A stretch of 64,000 nucleotides of DNA, from the IMG/VR virus record IMGVR_UViG_3300028797_000124, positions 53,791-117,790 of that record. One strand, written 5' to 3'. Shown here piece by piece: positions 60,134 to 64,000 of this stretch. Numbering within the stretch: the stretch's first letter is position 1; each line of letters begins with the position of its first letter. A program made the translations under genes and the position numbers. The stretch is from a virus. Lineage: Duplodnaviria; Caudoviricetes. The notes beneath the pieces were generated by a model, which had not been told where the DNA came from, did not search any database, and saw nothing but the letters and a program-made list of their open reading frames with translations.

Positions 60134-60347
60134 TGCGGGTAAACCACCCGTATTTCCTAAAACTGAATCATGTGAGATATTAACCGTTACAAGAACAGAA
60201 GAATTCATTCCACATTTCGTATACTCCAATAAGAGAAACGAAATAATCGATTCAATATATCTCACAGAATCACAGGCATTTCAACTTAATAAACTTATGA
60301 GAATTAACGGTGTCGATAATATGGACATCGTATTTTTGAGGAAATAA
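60087..60347 (+). CDS. Hypothetical protein
   Basis: ORF in operon; start uncertain. Confidence 0.4.
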   Translation: MIKMFKWIMKKTKKNNAGKPPVFPKTESCEILTVTRTEEFIPHFVYSNKRNEIIDSIYLTESQAFQLNKLMRINGVDNMDIVFLRK

Positions 60348-60349
60348 TT

Positions 60350-60646
60350 ATGGAAAAGAATCCAAGACATTTGGGACTTCTCCAGAAAGTATATGAATTC
60401 TGTGAGAAGTATCGTTTATCACATGATGTTGCCGATACTCGTTTGATAATGCTCAATGGTTTAAGAACAATGGCGTTAGAAAACAGAATGAATAGCATTA
60501 CAAATGAAGAGGAATCTGCTGAAAAGCACTACATCGAAGTGTCCGTATACTACATGAACGAGTTCATGACAACAGGACCATTCACACCAGAACAGTTAAA
60601 TGATCTGGCAAATATTGGTACGGAAATAAAGTTCGTATCTAAATGA
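60350..60646 (+). CDS. Hypothetical protein
   Basis: GAGG RBS; 98 aa. Confidence 0.55.
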   Translation: MEKNPRHLGLLQKVYEFCEKYRLSHDVADTRLIMLNGLRTMALENRMNSITNEEESAEKHYIEVSVYYMNEFMTTGPFTPEQLNDLANIGTEIKFVSK

Positions 60647-60679
60647 TACTATACAATGGATAGAAAGGAGGTGATTTTC

Positions 60680-62191
60680 GTGGCCAAGTTTACTCTATAC
60701 ATCAGAGCTACGTCGATAAAAATAACACCTGGTATTGAAGCGTCGGTTCCATTGGATCCGTTGATCGAGATGTTGACATATGATGACGAGTTTGCGGAAG
60801 AAACCAAAACTCTTGGATACATCTACGACGAAGCGGATGATGCAATATACTTCCATAAAGGAGTAGACGTCAACTATGTGATCAAACTACTTGGGGAATG
60901 TAAGGTTGTCAATCAAATGTACGATGAATACAAACCGATGAAGTTTGAATATGAAGAGATTGTTGGTCCAAGAAATGATGAGCAACGTGACGTTATAAAC
61001 TTCATTGCAGGTTTGAAACATTTTGCTGATACCAGAAATGCTCGTCAGATATTCCTCGTGAAGAAACCTGGATTCGGTAAAACCTACTGTGCGGGTGTTG
61101 GAATGTGTCTGTGGAAAACCAAGACATTAGTAATCACACATCGTGATAATCTTCGTAATCAATGGATGGACTCATTGTATAACATGTCCGGTCTGTCATC
61201 AAGAGAAGTCCATGAAATCACCTCATCTGAAGAATTGTATGACATTGCACATGGTAATTTTAAAGGAAACTATGATGTGTATCTGATGACACATGCCACG
61301 TTTATTGCCGGTATGAAACGCATTGGCAATATGAAAGATGCGCAGAATATCACAAAGAATCTTGGTATAGGTTTAAAGATCATTGATGAAGCACATCTAT
61401 ATTTCAAGAGCACAATACTGATAGATTGTGTTTTCAATGTATATAGAAATCTATATCTTACAGCTACGGATGGTAGATCTCAGAAGGAAGAAAACAAAAT
61501 CTTCCGGCACGTATTCTCCAATGCCGTTTACTATAAACCTTCTGCATTCCTTGATTCCAATCAACCAAAGAAGTGGGTTAACTATATTACGATGGCTGTA
61601 AATACTCACGTTTTACCTAACATCTACAAATATAGAATAGCTGGTGGAAAAGGTATGAATCCGGCTTCGTATGGTAAGTGGGTTATCAAGAATGACAGGA
61701 AGAACACTCACTTCAAATGCTGTACTGATCTTGTGCGTTCATTGTACATGGAAGATGAACATGCAAAGGTCATCATCTTTATGCCTTTGATCGAACTTTG
61801 TCAAGATTGTGCATACTGGATTAACAAGCATTTGTCTCGCGACAAAACCTTTCCATATGACTTGACGATTCGTACGATTAATTCGTCGAATTCTAAACGT
61901 GAGAATGAAATGAACAAGCGTGCGGATGTAATAGTAACGACCATTGCATCTGCTGGAACAGGTACCGATATTCCCGGTATCACTGATATCATATGTTGTT
62001 CACCCTTTGTATCAAAGATTACAGCTGAACAAACATTTGGTCGTATAAGATATATCCCTAAACAATGTCACTATTATGACATCTATGATACGTCAGTTCA
62101 AATGGACAAGTTCTGGTTGCGTTCCAGATACAAGAAGTTCAAAGAACTGGCGAAGAGTGTACAACACTTAAATTGGTCTGAGGACACATAA
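60680..62191 (+). CDS. Superfamily 2 DNA helicase (UvsW/XPB-like)
   Basis: KKPGFGKT, IIDEAH, LYLTAT, GTGTDIP, QTFGRIR; GTG start behind AAAGGAGG. Confidence 0.85.
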   Translation: MAKFTLYIRATSIKITPGIEASVPLDPLIEMLTYDDEFAEETKTLGYIYDEADDAIYFHKGVDVNYVIKLLGECKVVNQMYDEYKPMKFEYEEIVGPRNDEQRDVINFIAGLKHFADTRNARQIFLVKKPGFGKTYCAGVGMCLWKTKTLVITHRDNLRNQWMDSLYNMSGLSSREVHEITSSEELYDIAHGNFKGNYDVYLMTHATFIAGMKRIGNMKDAQNITKNLGIGLKIIDEAHLYFKSTILIDCVFNVYRNLYLTATDGRSQKEENKIFRHVFSNAVYYKPSAFLDSNQPKKWVNYITMAVNTHVLPNIYKYRIAGGKGMNPASYGKWVIKNDRKNTHFKCCTDLVRSLYMEDEHAKVIIFMPLIELCQDCAYWINKHLSRDKTFPYDLTIRTINSSNSKRENEMNKRADVIVTTIASAGTGTDIPGITDIICCSPFVSKITAEQTFGRIRYIPKQCHYYDIYDTSVQMDKFWLRSRYKKFKELAKSVQHLNWSEDT

Positions 62192-62202
62192 AGAAGAATT
62201 CG

Positions 62203-62220
62203 CCGGCCCATCTGGGCCGG
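62203..62220 (+). terminator. Terminator hairpin
   Basis: CCGGCCCA-tc-TGGGCCGG then T-rich tail. Confidence 0.6.
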
Positions 62221-62253
62221 TTACGTTTCTTCTATTTTTTCATATTTGATATG

Positions 62254-62268
62254 TATATTATTAATATG
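62254..62268 (+). promoter_or_regulatory. Putative phage early promoter TATATTATTAATATG
   Basis: Third exact copy of the 15-mer. Confidence 0.5.
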
Positions 62269-62330
62269 CTCACTACAGAAAATATCTTACGAAAGGATGA
62301 TGCTAATGTAGAGATATCTTTTGAATGACA

Positions 62331-62768
62331 TTAACTCTGTGGTGCTGCTACTGTATCCGATGCCAGGTTTTCGAAACCGGGAGCTGGACGACATGGTGGG
62401 ATAACAACATCAGGATTATACTTCTTCAACTCATTCTCAAGCCATGAGATATGAGTGTTGTTATCTATTACTATCCATTCCATGAGTTTATTCAAACGAC
62501 TTTCAAGTTCTCCAACTCGTTTGCTTAACTCACGATTCTGTTCCCTGGATTCTTCTGCCTCGCGCTTATGGGTTTCGGTGATGTCCTTGAGCTGTTTGTT
62601 GATGTACTCCATATGCTCGCGTTCCACGGCTTTGCGTTTCTCTTCAACATCAGCCTCAACCATGGCTGCCTCAGCTTTGTACTTACGTCTGCTCATGAAA
62701 GCGGTAACAAGTGAGCACAAGCCACCAGATCCAAGAACAGCGATGAGAAGTGTGATAACATCTTTCAT
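62331..62768 (-). CDS. Holin-like membrane protein
   Basis: N-terminal TM helix ITLLIAVLGSGGLCSLVTAF followed by a basic patch and coiled coil. Confidence 0.5.
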   Translation of the reverse strand: MKDVITLLIAVLGSGGLCSLVTAFMSRRKYKAEAAMVEADVEEKRKAVEREHMEYINKQLKDITETHKREAEESREQNRELSKRVGELESRLNKLMEWIVIDNNTHISWLENELKKYNPDVVIPPCRPAPGFENLASDTVAAPQS

Positions 62769-62881
62769 GATTTCTCTTCCTTTCTAATATCCGTAAAAGT
62801 CCGAAGATTGCTATGATCTCGGACTTCATAGTTCTCTTCTTTAAATATCCGTTTAATATTTAATAAAACGCAAGAACTATA

Positions 62882-62890
62882 TGGTATAAT
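62882..62890 (+). promoter_or_regulatory. Host sigmaA-type extended -10 promoter
   Basis: TGgTATAAT about 200 nt upstream of the 63091 gene. Confidence 0.45.
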
Positions 62891-63090
62891 AGAAAGGCCC
62901 AACGGCTGTACTATTATGGGGGTAACTTTTCGCTCGAAGTTGCCTCTGAGCGAGCGTATGAAAAACAAAGTAAAGAAACCTGAAGTGGCAAGAAAGGAAA
63001 CCGAAAGGTCGTAAATCGGATCCATTAGCAGCATCATAGGGATGCTGAAAATACGGATCGGAAGATTCTAAAACGAAAGGACTAAAAGAA

Positions 63091-64000
63091 ATGTCATTCA
63101 AAAGCTTCATCAAGAGCAAACAGTTTAAGAAGGGTGTAGCGTGTGTTACAGCCGCAGCTCTCTCAGTAGGTGCCACTACCTATTCGGGACATGTGAAATA
63201 TCACAAGATGGCTGCATCTGCAAATCCTAAGAATGCCGAGGTAATCGATCTCGATGAATTGATCGTACCGCTTTCATTCACAGGACATGCAGAAACTGAA
63301 ATACCTACTACAACGACAACATGTATCACAACAACATCCTTCACGACAGCAACAACTTCTACTGAGACAAGCACATCAACTACCACAACTATGAACGAAA
63401 CAACTGCTGCAACAACTCTCAGTACAACAGATGTTGTGACATCAACAACGACTTCAGAAGTGACCGAACCTGTGATAGAGGCACAAACTGAGGAAGTTAT
63501 TGAAACACCTGTTGAGGTTTGTGAACCTGCAGAAGCTCCCAGAGAATATGTGGTTTACAAGCCATCAACTCACTATATACACAAGAATACCTGCAGATGG
63601 TATAATAGTGAGTGCTATGAGATCGACTCTACAGAAGGTCTCGAGGCAAGAAAGTGTTCGGAGTGTAATCCGGACATGGCCATTATTACACCGTACCAGG
63701 AGCCGACTCCTGCTACAACGGATACAGCAATAGCTGTGACAGATTATGAGTACATCATTCTCTGCAATCTTGTAGCTGGTGAATACGGTTCCGACTGGGT
63801 TTCTACCTACGATAAGGGTGCTGTTGTTGCTACAGTTATCCACAGAATGTGGGAAGGAACCAGATGGACATATGGTGCGCCTGCGACTATTTACAACGTA
63901 ATCGCAGCTCCGTACCAGTATGACGGCAAGTACTTATCGGGCTCATACTCTTCAAAAGTTACTCAGTCCTGTAAGGATGCCGTAACGTATGCACTGAATA
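63091..64000 (+). CDS. Secreted/anchored SleB-like (Hydrolase_2) cell-wall hydrolase, runs off the right edge
   Basis: Not in the ORF track; GAAAGGA RBS; signal/TM segment, Thr-rich linker, HYIHKNTC...CSEC Zn module, then LCNLVAGEYG...AVVATVIHR...TIYNVIAAPYQY. Confidence 0.65.
   Translation, partial: MSFKSFIKSKQFKKGVACVTAAALSVGATTYSGHVKYHKMAASANPKNAEVIDLDELIVPLSFTGHAETEIPTTTTTCITTTSFTTATTSTETSTSTTTTMNETTAATTLSTTDVVTSTTTSEVTEPVIEAQTEEVIETPVEVCEPAEAPREYVVYKPSTHYIHKNTCRWYNSECYEIDSTEGLEARKCSECNPDMAIITPYQEPTPATTDTAIAVTDYEYIILCNLVAGEYGSDWVSTYDKGAVVATVIHRMWEGTRWTYGAPATIYNVIAAPYQYDGKYLSGSYSSKVTQSCKDAVTYALN

Noticed and set aside
62765-63843. Short ORFs in the track at the right end
   Set aside because: Shadows of the leader and of the plus-strand hydrolase gene starting at 63091
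1-64000. tRNA/rRNA genes, introns, inteins, stop-codon reassignment
   Set aside because: No cloverleaf or intein motifs recognised by eye; long genes read through under the standard code with normal stops (tRNAscan not run)

Overview
64-kb segment of a phiKZ/AR9-like jumbo myophage, probably infecting a cellulolytic rumen/gut Firmicute; the host inference rests on a Ruminococcus flavefaciens-type dockerin inside a tail-fibre-like protein. About 1-46.9 kb is a morphogenesis region: baseplate, fibres, a 2.7k-aa tape-measure/multi-hydrolase, major capsid, prohead protease, many internal head proteins with (F/I/V)-x-E maturation sites, a virion RNAP beta C-terminal subunit and an amidase endolysin. 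About 53-62 kb is replication: split PolB N-half, GyrA/ParC-like subunit, HNH endonuclease and SF2 helicase. The most striking element is at ~46.9-49.7 kb: a stand-alone Cas7/RAMP-like gene with its own promoter, translationally coupled to a degenerate HNH gene and flanked on both sides by non-coding arrays with a 5-nt period (GY-NNN on the gene strand), organised into 5n+1-nt units (often exactly 31 nt) and closed by terminators. This is a candidate non-CRISPR RNA-guided system. All product calls come from motif recognition by eye; no database searches were run.
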